NCBI GenBank assembly: GCA_964187785.1 | Contig: OZ076409.1 | Coordinates: forward strand, 51,710,001 to 51,774,000 | Direction of reading: 5' to 3' | DNA: 64,000 nt | Source of the DNA: Amphiscolops sp. MND2022 | Taxonomy: Eukaryota | Shown: one piece after another, positions 1 through 10,767 of the stretch | Numbering within the stretch: position 1 is the stretch's first letter | Layout of the letters: every line of letters begins with the position of its first letter | Position numbers and translations under genes: made by a program | Notes under the pieces: generated by a model | What the model saw: the letters and a program-made list of their open reading frames with translations, nothing else | Databases searched by the model: none | What the model was told of the DNA's origin: nothing

Positions 1-100
1 TGTAACATCATATATAGTTTATTTGTATTTGAACGTGTGGTTCTTTGATTGTAGGATTTGTCGTCGATTCCTTGGTTTTGGAGGTCTTGTTTCGTTTTAG

Positions 101-2333
101 TCGTTAATCTGCCAAGCTCTGTTTCCCCGAGTATTGCGGTCACTCGTGTCATGGATCTCGTCTTTCCGAGAGTATAGTGTCTTCTTCGTCGACACAGCTA
201 CAACGCAGGAGTGTTTTGTCCATACCTGGGATGACAATGCGCTATTCTCTGTTTGCATTCGCGTGGAGCCTGCTGGTCAGCGTGTACCCGTGAGTGAGTT
301 GGCTGGGCTATCCCGTATCATGGACAGTGTGCCTTCATGTCAGTTGCCTCTGTCGTGTCAGGGTGGTAGTGTGTCATTATTGCGTGTCCTGAACGACAAC
401 CGCATCGATGGGCGACAGTTTTTGTATTGCCAAGAATTTACAGATGACAGTTTCCTGCGGGGGTATCGTCTAGCAGAGCAGGAGATCTTCGGAAGGCTTG
501 ATGTTGCCTCTGTGATCGACTTTGTGACGTTGCGCTTGCGGGGTGCGCTTCAAGAGGCATGGATGGAGGGAACGCCTGCTCTACGACGTTGTGTGCTGTC
601 TGGTCACGTTGCTTTTGCTGATTTGTGTTCAGTAGCATCAGAACTTGTGGCTAATTGGAAGATTGTGCGTGAGTTCGTACGATTCACGGGTCCCGGTCAT
701 GCCAGATGTGAAGTCGATAAGGTGAGTTCCACGTGATTTGTTATAGTTAGGGCAAGAGGGGTGGAAATCGTACTCTTTGCAATTTGTCATGTTGTTTCGA
801 ATAATAGGGAAGGGAGGGGGTGTCCTATATTAAATATTATCATACAGTTGGGGTTTTGTTTCGTTGCAGATGCGAGGATTGGATTGGCTGATTAGCAGTG
901 ACACCACGATCGTCTTGCGTCTTGGACTACTTTGCCACGTCCTTGATCTCTGTAAGTTTTTGTCGTCTTTCGTGAGGCAGTTGTTATAGTGTTGTTTTGA
1001 TGCTTATAGTTGCTCCTAGTCACCAAGACTTCATTATAGTGTTTGGTAGGGGGTTGTTCTGATATGGTGTTGGGTTTTAGATGCAGTTTCCTTCAAAAAG
1101 CGACGTGTCGGACGTGCTGACTATGGTTTCCACTACTACATGGAGTTGAGTCAGTTCATCTATGGGTTGTTATCCCGTAGTCGTAAGAGTGTGTCACTGC
1201 CTTCATTGAACTCGTGGGATGACTACATGGACTCTTCGAAGCTTGCTGCCTTGGAGAAAATATCTGCCGACGATTTCCTCGCAAATTACGAGTTTGGGGC
1301 GACTTTGCGTGATTTCAAAGGTGGTGAGTCGCGTGAGTTTCGTCGTCAGTGTCCCAATTTTATTGACCGCTTTGTGGATGCTATTTTTACCCGATGTCCT
1401 GTAGCCGCAGATCTTTTGCGTTATGCCTATTGTTTCTGTCCCGAGTTGTTGCTGGAAGGCGGGGATGAATATATCTTTGGCCTGTTCAATGACCTCGTCG
1501 CGTTATTGGGACGATGCAAGGTGATGAGCGATGCTGAAGTTAGTGGTGCCACAGAAGAGTTTTTGTCGTTCGTAGTGGATGTTCGTTCTCGGCATAGTAG
1601 TGGTGACCAGATTGCTGAAGATATCCCCGATGTAGTTTCGTTTTTGTTGGCTGATTACAGTTTCCTGGCCCGCAAAAATTTGTGTCGAGCATTTAAGTTA
1701 TGCTGCCTGGTTATTCTGAGACCACAAAAGAGTTTCCCTGCTGTTGACATCGATTTATCCAATTGTGCCGTGCCTGAGCCTGTGGTGTCGTCTTGTGTCC
1801 GCGGTGTACAGAGCTGTGTGTTGTCGGCAAATTACAGTCAGAAATCGTTTTATACGAAGCATACCATGGAATCGATCCGCGATGCTATTGTCAATTCACG
1901 TGCTTTTATGTCTCGGGTTGATTTTGATCCATGGGAGAGAATTTGCAGTGGTGGGCATGGCGGCTTTGTAAATCGATATACTGCATTGTTCAAAGCTTAT
2001 TTGACTCAGAAGGAAGATGAGGCGTATTATCGTCTTCGAGTTGCAAATCGTCGTGGTAGTCAGGGGCAGTCTGCCAGTCATTCGGACTCTGTAACTGTGT
2101 CGTGTTCCGAGAGTGGTGAGTCCTCTGTCGCAAGTGCAAGTGCTGTCATTCAAGGCGGCAGTGGGACGAGTTCTGGTCGCCCCAGTAAGACGAAAAAGTA
2201 CAGTAGTTTGGCTTCGTTGCTTGGGCGAAAAAGAGGCGCGAAGGAGACAGTCGATACAAAGTCGAAGAAAAGTAAAGTAGAGTCAGTGAAGTCCGTGGGC
2301 AAGGGCGAAGCTTCTTCATCAAAGAAGTGTTGA
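101..2333 (+). CDS. Spliced gene antisense to the Gypsy pol, >=651 aa, unknown function, Ser/Lys-rich basic C-terminus; 5' end probably outside the window
   Basis: Exons 101-721, 870-951 and 1081-2333 join in frame via GT-AG introns (gtgagt at 722, ttgcag/869, gtaagt at 952, ttttag/1080); covers ORFs 134..736 and 1140..2333. Confidence 0.7.
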
Positions 2334-2448
2334 AAACTATTTGTTATGTTCTAAACTTTTGTTGTGATGATTGTTTGATTTGTATGCCTGTGAATTGAAA
2401 ATTGTCAGATCGGTTCGGTCTTGACTCCTGATATTTTCTTTTCTCTAT

Positions 2449-4392
2449 TTAGTGAGTCGTAGTTAAAGCGTCAAGTCGTCTAAAGTCAGGGTCAGCATTA
2501 GGTTTAGGATTAGGTCGTAGATTGTATTTCGCTGTTTTTCTCGGATTATAGCCAACGATTGTAGGCGGAGATTTTGGGGGAATAGGTGGACTTTGAATGG
2601 GTGGGGGGCGACGTATGTATGGGTTATCCCCTACGTCTGTAGTGAGATTCGAAAAGTCCGGTGACGGCGGTATCATTTCGTCTGTATTGTCCGTTAATTG
2701 TTGTGGCATCGTGTTGTCGTCTGTACTTGTCACCTCTTGTATTTCTGTTCTTTGTTCAGTCTCCGTATTTTTTGATGTGTCGAGTTCGTCGATTTGTTTT
2801 CCGAAATCCATTTCCCACGAGACTGCATACCATTCATTGTGTGATACTTTAACGTCTGGATCCGGTAGGTATTCGTTTGACCGTACTGTGACGTCGGGTA
2901 TGCGTTGATCTGGCACATAAGGTCGTATTCTGATTCGATGCAGAGTTTGTGTATATCTCGTGCCAATCTTTCGTATTGTGTAGTTATTATTGGAAAGCAC
3001 TTTGATCACTATGTATGGTCCTGTCCAAATACAATCTTGAAATGCAAACTTTGTCGATTGATTGTCAGCTTTCGGATTGAGTATATAGCAATAGTCGTTG
3101 ATTTTTAGTGGGGCGGCTGATGCCTTGCGATCATAGTATTTTTTGTATTTGAGGTAGGATAACATGATGTTGTCCTTTGCTGTCGCTCGTACCTCGTCTA
3201 TTTGTTTTTGGATTTGCTCCGCTATGTCCGAGTTGGGTGTTGTTTTCCATTTTGGTTTGATTCCCAGTTTTAGGTCAAGGACATTGTAGGGTATTCGTCC
3301 GTGGAATACTGTAGATGGTTCGCAGCCCAGAGTCTCATGGTATGTTGTATTGTAGTTCATTACGGCTATTTGGACGTATTTGTGCCACATCGAACGTCTT
3401 TCACCCGTGGAAATTTTTAGTGCAGTTTTGATTGACGCATGTGTTTTTTCCAAAATTCCGATTGTTTGTGCATGTTTCGTGGACGCGTGGCTGATTTGGA
3501 TCTCTAGTATCTGGGCTATTTCTGTGACGACTTCTGATCGAAATTGTGAGCCTTTGTCTGATAAGATTAATGTTGGCAAGTATGCGTGTCTTGTCATGAC
3601 GTCGACAATACATCGTCCGATTGTTTTCGCTGTGACATTCTGTGTTGGGTATGCAAATAGGTAACGTGAAAATACGTCGATCATCGTAACGATGTTCTGG
3701 TATCCCGCAGAGTTTGGCAAATTTGGTAATATGTCAATTTCAAGAATGTCCTCCGGGCCGAGGACGTGTTCCGTATTGTTGATCTTTTTTGGTCTGATTT
3801 GGCTATTGTTAATCCGTTTGTATTTGATACAGACTTCACATTGCATTACCCATTGTCTGATTCTTTTTGCTAGACCGGGGTAATAGTACTTTGATCGGCA
3901 TTCTTGAATCATTTTTGTAATTCCTGGGTGTTTTCCCATTTGTCCATGTATTGTTTTCAGAAGTTCTGTGACCAAGTGTTCAGGGATTAGTATTTGGTGG
4001 TGGGTGACTTGGCCACATTCGCCGTAATATTTGCGCATTAATACTCCATCTTTGACAATTAATCTGTTTTCGTGGATGAGGAGACGTTTTGCTGTCGGAT
4101 CAGTTTGTAAGAGATGTTTGTCATATTCTTCACAAATCAATTTCTTTTTGATTGCTTTGAAAACTAGGTTTGAATCTTGTTCGGCTCTGATGCGCGCGTC
4201 TTCTTTTATTGCCCCGAAGGTGTAGGAAGCTTTGTTTATTGGGATTGGGTTAGTCTCTTTGATAGCTAGTTTAAGTTTTGTCGTCTCTTCGTCGCGCGCA
4301 TTTTGTCTAGCTTGTTCTTTCTGCAGGAGGATATCTTGTTCGGTTTCAATCGTTTCATCTGGAAGAAAGAAAAATTGTTCTTCATCTGCGAC
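2449..4392 (-). CDS. pol: Gypsy pol, 3' part: integrase (HHCC zinc finger + DDE core)
   Basis: HGQMGKHPG...CEVC, EIDIL, SDKGSQF, GILEK and WTGPY motifs; frame open from 4392; separated from RT/RNaseH by a frameshift near 4390. Confidence 0.92.
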   Translation of the reverse strand, partial: VADEEQFFFLPDETIETEQDILLQKEQARQNARDEETTKLKLAIKETNPIPINKASYTFGAIKEDARIRAEQDSNLVFKAIKKKLICEEYDKHLLQTDPTAKRLLIHENRLIVKDGVLMRKYYGECGQVTHHQILIPEHLVTELLKTIHGQMGKHPGITKMIQECRSKYYYPGLAKRIRQWVMQCEVCIKYKRINNSQIRPKKINNTEHVLGPEDILEIDILPNLPNSAGYQNIVTMIDVFSRYLFAYPTQNVTAKTIGRCIVDVMTRHAYLPTLILSDKGSQFRSEVVTEIAQILEIQISHASTKHAQTIGILEKTHASIKTALKISTGERRSMWHKYVQIAVMNYNTTYHETLGCEPSTVFHGRIPYNVLDLKLGIKPKWKTTPNSDIAEQIQKQIDEVRATAKDNIMLSYLKYKKYYDRKASAAPLKINDYCYILNPKADNQSTKFAFQDCIWTGPYIVIKVLSNNNYTIRKIGTRYTQTLHRIRIRPYVPDQRIPDVTVRSNEYLPDPDVKVSHNEWYAVSWEMDFGKQIDELDTSKNTETEQRTEIQEVTSTDDNTMPQQLTDNTDEMIPPSPDFSNLTTDVGDNPYIRRPPPIQSPPIPPKSPPTIVGYNPRKTAKYNLRPNPKPNADPDFRRLDALTTTH

Positions 4393-7354
4393 GTAGGTTT
4401 ATTTGGATTGGGCGAATTGTGATGTCCTCTCTGATTTTTAATTCAACTCTCTCCTTGGGGTTGAGGTCAATTCTCGATAGGAAATCAGCTGCTGTATTCT
4501 GTGTACCAGCCACGTGCATTATGTGGAAATTGAATTGTAGTACATAATCGCACGCGTTCCACAAGGTAGGCGGTATGGCTTTTGTTTGGAAAAACCGCGT
4601 TACTGATCTGTTGTCTGTCATCACTAAGGTCGGTAGAGTTGTTTCCCACAGGATATGGCTGTATTCTAGGAAGGCGTGGTATATTGCTAAAAATTCCTTG
4701 CAATAAATTGACATTTTTAGCTGCGCTGGGGAGAATACTTTCGATCCGAATGCGACTGGCGCAAATGTCTTCTTTTTTGAATTGAGTTTTTTGTCGTTGT
4801 CTTCTTCGATCATCAACGCATAGCCCGAGGCTCGGAAACTGGCGTCCGTCATTAGGATGTATTGTCGTCCTGTGATTGGTTGTTTGAGAGCCAACCCACA
4901 GGCTTGCGCCAATGCTGCGTTGATCGCTTTGTAGTGATCGAGTAGTTCTTCTGTGACCTTGATTTGTTTGTCTGCTTTCAATAGTTCGTAAAATCCGAGC
5001 AGTTTTTCGGACAATCGCGGGATGTAGTTGCGATAATAGTTGACAAAACCAATGTACCTCTGTACTTGTTTCTTTGATTTTGGAAATCTCACATTGGCTA
5101 AAAATTTCTGTATCTTGTGGTCTTGGGGGGCGATCCCTTGTGGGGTGATCGTCCTTCCAAGGAATTCGACTTCAGTCACCCCAAAATGGCATTTGTCAAT
5201 GGATAGTTTGAGTCCTGCTTGTCTGATGCATTCGAAGACGGCTCGGATGTTTCGTATCAGCTGCGTCACGGAGTTGGCGGCTATGCCGATGTCGTCCACA
5301 TATTGCGCACATTGGTCAGCTTTGATTACTTTATCCAAATATTCCCTCATGAAACTTGAAAATGCCGATAATGCTCTGCTTAGTCCTTGTGCCAGCCGTT
5401 TGTATGCGAAGGTTCTGCTTGCAAAGTTGAATGCTAGCATCTCGATGGATCGTTGGTCTGCCATTTGTAGACAGTGGTATGCTTGGGAGCAATCTAATTT
5501 GTAGAACAACTTTTTCCCAGCTAAGTGTTGGGCTGCATCCGACAGGGTGCTGACTGGGTGGTTATTGTTGATGTAATCGTCTGAGATTAATGCATTTATT
5601 TTTCGTAGATCGACGAGTAGTCGCAACTTGCCATTCGGTTTACGTTGTGCGAAGATTGGGCTTGCGTATTTTGAGAATGGTAGGGTCGTTATTATGCCGT
5701 ACCTATGCATTAGTGCTAATTCAACTGTGAGATATTCTTTCAGGTTGATTGGTACCGGCAAGCTTTGCGTGTAAATTGGGCGCTCGTCTTTCGGAGTTAA
5801 TTTGACTTTGAAGCTATTGTTGATTCCAATATCAAGGCGATGACGGGCAAAGATGTCGTTGTATTCGACTATTGTTTGCTCAAGTTGTTTCCTGTCGTTG
5901 CCTTCGATTTGAGAACCTTCCCACTGGAACATGTCCAGGAAATGCTTTCGTGATTCTGGATCTTTGGTCGGGTCTAGTTTTTCTTTTTGAATGAGTTCAC
6001 GGATTTCTTTCAGTATCCTTCGTTGAATTGGTGTATGTTCTTCTTCGTTTCCTGGGTTCTCGGGTGTGGGGAACCAGAAATTTTCACCGTTTTGTTCATT
6101 TTCGCTGGATTTCATGAGTTCATTCACATACATGTGTGTGTCGTCTGGATCTTGTAGAGTGGTTAACGTTGCGACGTCTATGGGTCGTATCTGTTTGGTG
6201 TCTTCTGGCCGCAGGATTTGCAATTCTGCCAATTTGGTGTGATTTTTTATGGTGTGAGGGAAATCTGTCAAGTTGGCTATCCGTAAATTGATTCGTTTGT
6301 TGTGAGCTGTGGCTAGTGCTGGTGCGACGATGATGGTTGCTGTTTCGTCAAATTGTGGTAGCGGTTGTACTGCTCCTGTGATGTCAATTGCGTTTGTAGT
6401 TATGACTATTGCGTTTACGGTTGTTGTTTGTTGTGGAGGCAGTGTCTGGTTCCCTTCAGTCATGATTTGGAGTGGTTTGGGGTTACAGTTTTTCTTTTCA
6501 TCTGTCATGGCTAATGTCATTTCGACATGGGGGAAGGTGATGGTCCCATTGGCTGTGTCGATCACTGCTTGGTGATTTCTCATGAAGTTCAGTCCGATTA
6601 TTGGGAAGGACGTTTTTGAGAGTATCACGAAGGTGTCCGTGAAGGTATACGTTCCTATGTTGAATTGTATATCGTCTGTGGCTATTGGTTGCTCCAGTTG
6701 AGCATTTGCGCATTCGATTTTGAAAGGAGGTTGTGGATACTCTTTTATGACACAGTTGTCACTGTTCATTTTGATCGCATTGTAGTCCGACCAGGACATG
6801 GCATTGATGAACGCACCCGAGTCGACAAGTCCATCCATTGTTATTTCGCCGAATTCTAGTGGTAAGTACAACATTCTCCTCCTGCTCTTGAGGATTATAG
6901 TCGAGTGGAGAGGTAAGTACGTCTCTCCGTCCTTTTCAGTAACATACTCTTTAATAGAGTTGAGAGATGCGGGGAAATCTTCTGGGAAGATAAGTACTTG
7001 GGTGGAGCCGTGAGTATCTTCCTTTGTTAGTGATGACGGTGGTTGGTCTTCATGGGCGTTTTCAGTTTGTTCTATTTGGGTTGCGGTGGATTGTGTTGTG
7101 TTGGTGGGGGATGGCTGTATGAGATTTGGGTGTTGTTTATGGTCGTCTCCATGGTCCTCATCTGGTGTTTGCTCTTTTTCGGTTTGTATGGGGGGTCTTC
7201 GTATGGAGGCGAGTGCCTGACGTCTCAGCCAGTCCTCTGTTGGAGTTCCATCGCATTCTATTGTTGTATCTTTTGTGTAAGTCGTAGGGGGATCGTTCGT
7301 TAAATACGCCCTCGCGTCTACTGTTTCCCCGAAGCGCAGGCGCGGCGTAATTAG
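4382..7354 (-). CDS. pol: Gypsy pol, 5' part: aspartic protease, reverse transcriptase, RNase H
   Basis: LVDSGA protease motif, YVDD RT motif, TDAS...KEF...TDN...ADFLSR RNase H motifs; frame stays open upstream of the ATG at 6874 to 7354, in the -1 frame relative to gag. Confidence 0.93.
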   Translation of the reverse strand, partial: LITPRLRFGETVDARAYLTNDPPTTYTKDTTIECDGTPTEDWLRRQALASIRRPPIQTEKEQTPDEDHGDDHKQHPNLIQPSPTNTTQSTATQIEQTENAHEDQPPSSLTKEDTHGSTQVLIFPEDFPASLNSIKEYVTEKDGETYLPLHSTIILKSRRRMLYLPLEFGEITMDGLVDSGAFINAMSWSDYNAIKMNSDNCVIKEYPQPPFKIECANAQLEQPIATDDIQFNIGTYTFTDTFVILSKTSFPIIGLNFMRNHQAVIDTANGTITFPHVEMTLAMTDEKKNCNPKPLQIMTEGNQTLPPQQTTTVNAIVITTNAIDITGAVQPLPQFDETATIIVAPALATAHNKRINLRIANLTDFPHTIKNHTKLAELQILRPEDTKQIRPIDVATLTTLQDPDDTHMYVNELMKSSENEQNGENFWFPTPENPGNEEEHTPIQRRILKEIRELIQKEKLDPTKDPESRKHFLDMFQWEGSQIEGNDRKQLEQTIVEYNDIFARHRLDIGINNSFKVKLTPKDERPIYTQSLPVPINLKEYLTVELALMHRYGIITTLPFSKYASPIFAQRKPNGKLRLLVDLRKINALISDDYINNNHPVSTLSDAAQHLAGKKLFYKLDCSQAYHCLQMADQRSIEMLAFNFASRTFAYKRLAQGLSRALSAFSSFMREYLDKVIKADQCAQYVDDIGIAANSVTQLIRNIRAVFECIRQAGLKLSIDKCHFGVTEVEFLGRTITPQGIAPQDHKIQKFLANVRFPKSKKQVQRYIGFVNYYRNYIPRLSEKLLGFYELLKADKQIKVTEELLDHYKAINAALAQACGLALKQPITGRQYILMTDASFRASGYALMIEEDNDKKLNSKKKTFAPVAFGSKVFSPAQLKMSIYCKEFLAIYHAFLEYSHILWETTLPTLVMTDNRSVTRFFQTKAIPPTLWNACDYVLQFNFHIMHVAGTQNTAADFLSRIDLNPKERVELKIREDITIRPIQINLRRR

Positions 7355-7360
7355 TTTTTT
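7305..7360 (-). promoter_or_regulatory. Putative programmed -1 ribosomal frameshift signal (gag-pol)
   Basis: Slippery heptamer A-AAA-AAC (7360-7354) just before the gag TAA, followed by a GC-rich stem (TACGCC...GGCGTA); pol is in the -1 frame. Confidence 0.75.
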
Positions 7361-8235
7361 GAATCAGTGACAGCATTGTCCTTCGTTTGTTGGACGGGAA
7401 CGTCCTTTTTTGATTCTGGATTGTTGTGACGCTTAGGTCGTGGATCATTGGCAGAGTTGGCTCCGTTCCAACAATCTTCCGTTTTGTGGGGTTTGCCACA
7501 TGTTTCGCATTTGAGCGGTTTGCCTGCACTAGAGTTAGTTTGACCATTGTTTTTCCTGGTTTGCATCCATTTATCTCTCTTCATTTTTCTGCATTCTGCC
7601 TTATAGTGTCCGAATTTGTTGCAGTAGAAGCAATATCCTTTTTTGACATTTTGCGTTGTGTTGTCGACTTGTTTGGGCTCAGTTTTTGTTGGGGCTGGTT
7701 CTGCTTTGTTTAGCGGTACCAAGGTTACCTCATCCGGCGCTCCTAAGCCGTTAAGTCTCATTTCGCGTTCTAGGTGGAGTACTATATCATTATAGGATTT
7801 ATCCTCGAGGTATGCCCTGTTTAGTATTTTCTTGACGTGGTCTGGCATCTTTGCATAGATCGCCTTATCAATAAATTGTTGGGCTTCAGAGCCAAAAGCT
7901 TCCTTGGCAGTTTTTTGAAGTATGTCCAGAAATTCGTGGAGTTTCTGGTTCGAGAGGTCGAATTTGAGCGCGTCCCATTCGCATCTTGCCTTGGCCATAG
8001 ACAAATAATCTCCGAAGCGTCGTTTGAAAATCGTCATGATCTCATCAAGTGAATCCTTTTTCGTATCTTCGATATTGCAAAATGCTTGTAAGGCATCTCC
8101 CCTGAGGAGGGAGTGGAAGTAGTTTATTTTTTGGATTTCAGTAAGGTGTGGGTACATTTTTATGTTGTTCCGGAAAAGGTCTTCGAATAGTTCAAATTTT
8201 TCCGACTTCCCGTCGAAGGTCGGGAGTGACGCCGT
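7351..8235 (-). CDS. gag: Gypsy gag, 3' portion (capsid-like region + two CCHC zinc knuckles)
   Basis: LPTFDGKSEKFELFE; CFYCNKFGHYKAEC and CETCGKPHKTEDC; the ORF-track ATG at 8238 comes from the inserted TIR. Confidence 0.9.
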   Translation of the reverse strand, partial: TASLPTFDGKSEKFELFEDLFRNNIKMYPHLTEIQKINYFHSLLRGDALQAFCNIEDTKKDSLDEIMTIFKRRFGDYLSMAKARCEWDALKFDLSNQKLHEFLDILQKTAKEAFGSEAQQFIDKAIYAKMPDHVKKILNRAYLEDKSYNDIVLHLEREMRLNGLGAPDEVTLVPLNKAEPAPTKTEPKQVDNTTQNVKKGYCFYCNKFGHYKAECRKMKRDKWMQTRKNNGQTNSSAGKPLKCETCGKPHKTEDCWNGANSANDPRPKRHNNPESKKDVPVQQTKDNAVTDSKN

Positions 8236-8257
8236 CATTACGATACACGTACCGGTA
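8236..8257 (+). repeat. Left terminal inverted repeat CATTACGATACACGTACCGGTA
   Basis: Reverse complement of 36052-36073 with 2 mismatches. Confidence 0.92.
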
Positions 8258-8313
8258 AGCTGCCTTTAGTCAAGCAGCGTAATCTGAGTAAAATGGTAAA
8301 ATGATCATTCAGC

Positions 8314-8545
8314 GTAAGTTAGTCAAGACGGTCTATGCTTCAACGGTGTAGCAAAATCAACGCGCGTAATGGAAAATTGTGTAAGTTAGTCAAAACATGT
8401 AATTAGAAAAAAGCGGAAGTTAGTCCAAAAATACTCTTTTTCGTAAGTCAGTCAAAACGTTGACTAACTTCCACTTTTTGCAAATTGAGGGACTCCTATA
8501 CTTCCGAAAAGTGGAATGTGGTCAAAGTTTTGACTAACTTACACC
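8314..8545. repeat. Left subterminal short repeats (AAGTTAGTCAA, both orientations)
   Basis: Copies near 8316, 8383, 8417 and 8445, inverted copies near 8460 and 8530; related AGTTAGTCAA/AACTAGTCA copies at 35844-35921 near the right end. Confidence 0.7.
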
Positions 8546-8954
8546 ATGTTTATATGCATTCAAAACTCAGTGTTCATTTTAATTCTAATTCATACCACAG
8601 CATCATAAACCAGTCAAAGTAAACAATGATTCAATAAATAATTAGTTATCATTACTGAGCTCTACCGTGCATAGTACGTATAAACTGCATTCAATGCAAG
8701 TTGCACACGTGAACACGTGTGTTTCATCCACGCATTTACGTGCAAATAAAATACCTTGTAGCTTCTAATTAGTACAATTGATTGATCTGTCAACAGGTTT
8801 CCTATTTTAACAAAACAATTTTAAAGCAGCCCTCATTAATAGTTGCCTAACTAATTTTAATTTTGGTCCCTGTCGTGAGCACAGTCACCGGAATGATTGG
8901 TTAACTTGTTATTTTGGTCTGGGTATTTTGAGCCAGGGTATTGGCAAGGATCTA

Positions 8955-9145
8955 TTTTGATCCCTGTCGTGAGCAACATCAAGAAAAGTTGTAACAAATA
9001 ATCTATACGAAGTTGAAACTTTATCAAACCGAAAACAGTAGTTTATGGAATACCGATCTTGAATTATTGAACTAAAAACGAAGTTTGGACCATGTGCCTT
9101 ATCCTCCCTCAGATACATACTGTTTCTTATCCAACAACACCCCCC
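8955..9145 (+). repeat. 191-bp direct repeat, left copy
   Basis: Matches 35418-35608 with one visible mismatch. Confidence 0.9.
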
Positions 9146-9642
9146 TCCCCATCCTTCAATTGGTCAAATGGAAAAGAGAATGAGAGAATTGATTTCAAAA
9201 TTGAATTACTTTGTATCATGGTTAAGCATTAAAAGCTTTGAATAAAGCCACGTGACATATACGTCACGTTACATATACGGTACATGTATGTTTTAAAAGT
9301 TTATGAATGTGTGCAAAGCAGCGGCAAGTGGGGATGTTGGCGCGGTGGATAAGTCCATCGGATGTGACTGTTAGTCACTGAGTACCACAGGATCGATCCC
9401 AGCCATTAGCACACTGGCGAATCGATACATACAACTCTTACAAAGATACCCTTCATATTTGGCAGCTCATGTCTCTCGGGCCGAATATTCCACATTGAAG
9501 GAATCAGCACCGCTGCAACATCCTTTTTGATGAGAGGAACTCCAAGGTGTGACCTTGTTCTGTGCCGCAACTTTGTGTGCCCCACAAATGATGCAATGAT
9601 GATTGCTAATGATTGCAATGATTAGAGATGGCGAGATACTAG

Positions 9643-10067
9643 CAGGGATGTTAAAATATTTATTTATCGTTTCGATAACCGCGATAAAATATCGGAATAC
9701 ATTATTGTTGCCTAGAAAATATTCAGATTTTTTATTGTCCAATAAAAATGAATTCCAATAATCGTGTGAAGCGTGCCTCGATTATCGACCAGTCTAAAAG
9801 CGAAACACATTTTGTCGCCAGAAAGAAAGCGATTATACCCAATGCATGTTGAAGCCCTCATGTTTCTCAAAGCAAACGAAAATTTATGGGATGCAATACT
9901 GGTTTCGAAACTTTAGCAGCTAGAACTGTGAACAACGATAATCGAAAATACTTCGATAATTTATTGTTGAGTTTGTAAAAATCCGATAATTTATCGCTGT
10001 GTTTGAAAAATATAAATAATTTATTGTTGTTCACAATATTATTGCGATAAAATAATTAACATCCCTG
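9643..10067 (+). mobile_element. hAT-type non-autonomous element retaining the last 38 codons of a hAT transposase
   Basis: TIR CAGGGATGTTAA/TTAACATCCCTG, 8-bp TSD GATACTAG; 9800-9916 translates AKHILSPERKRLYPMHVEALMFLKANENLW..., a hAT dimerisation-domain tail. Confidence 0.88.
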
Positions 10068-10476
10068 GATACTAGTATCCAAATTCTGGCCCCCATTCCT
10101 GGCTGCCAATGATATTCATAAAACTCTGACAAAGACACCCTTCCTATTCGGCGTCTCATGTCGCCGAATATTCCACATTGATGGTATTAACACCGCCGAA
10201 ATATCCTTTTTGATGAGAGGAACTTTGATGGTGAATTCCCAAATAACATAAGAGCAAATAACATAAAAACGAAATTAGTTTCAGATAACATAAAAATGAA
10301 ATGAGTTTGACTAAACATAAAAATAAAATTGTTTACGAGAAGGTTTTAGCTGTCAAAAGCATTCACAATTCAAAAGATTCACTCAAAAAAGTATGAAAAT
10401 TACAAATAAACTTTCGTGAGTTCGATTACTTAACCGGGTATTCGGTTTTATTTTTATGTTATTTGAACCTAATTTT

Positions 10477-10767
<291 letters not shown>

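Noticed and set aside
2597..8052. Many short plus-strand ORFs over gag-pol
   Set aside because: Antisense shadows of the retrotransposon ORFs with no motifs
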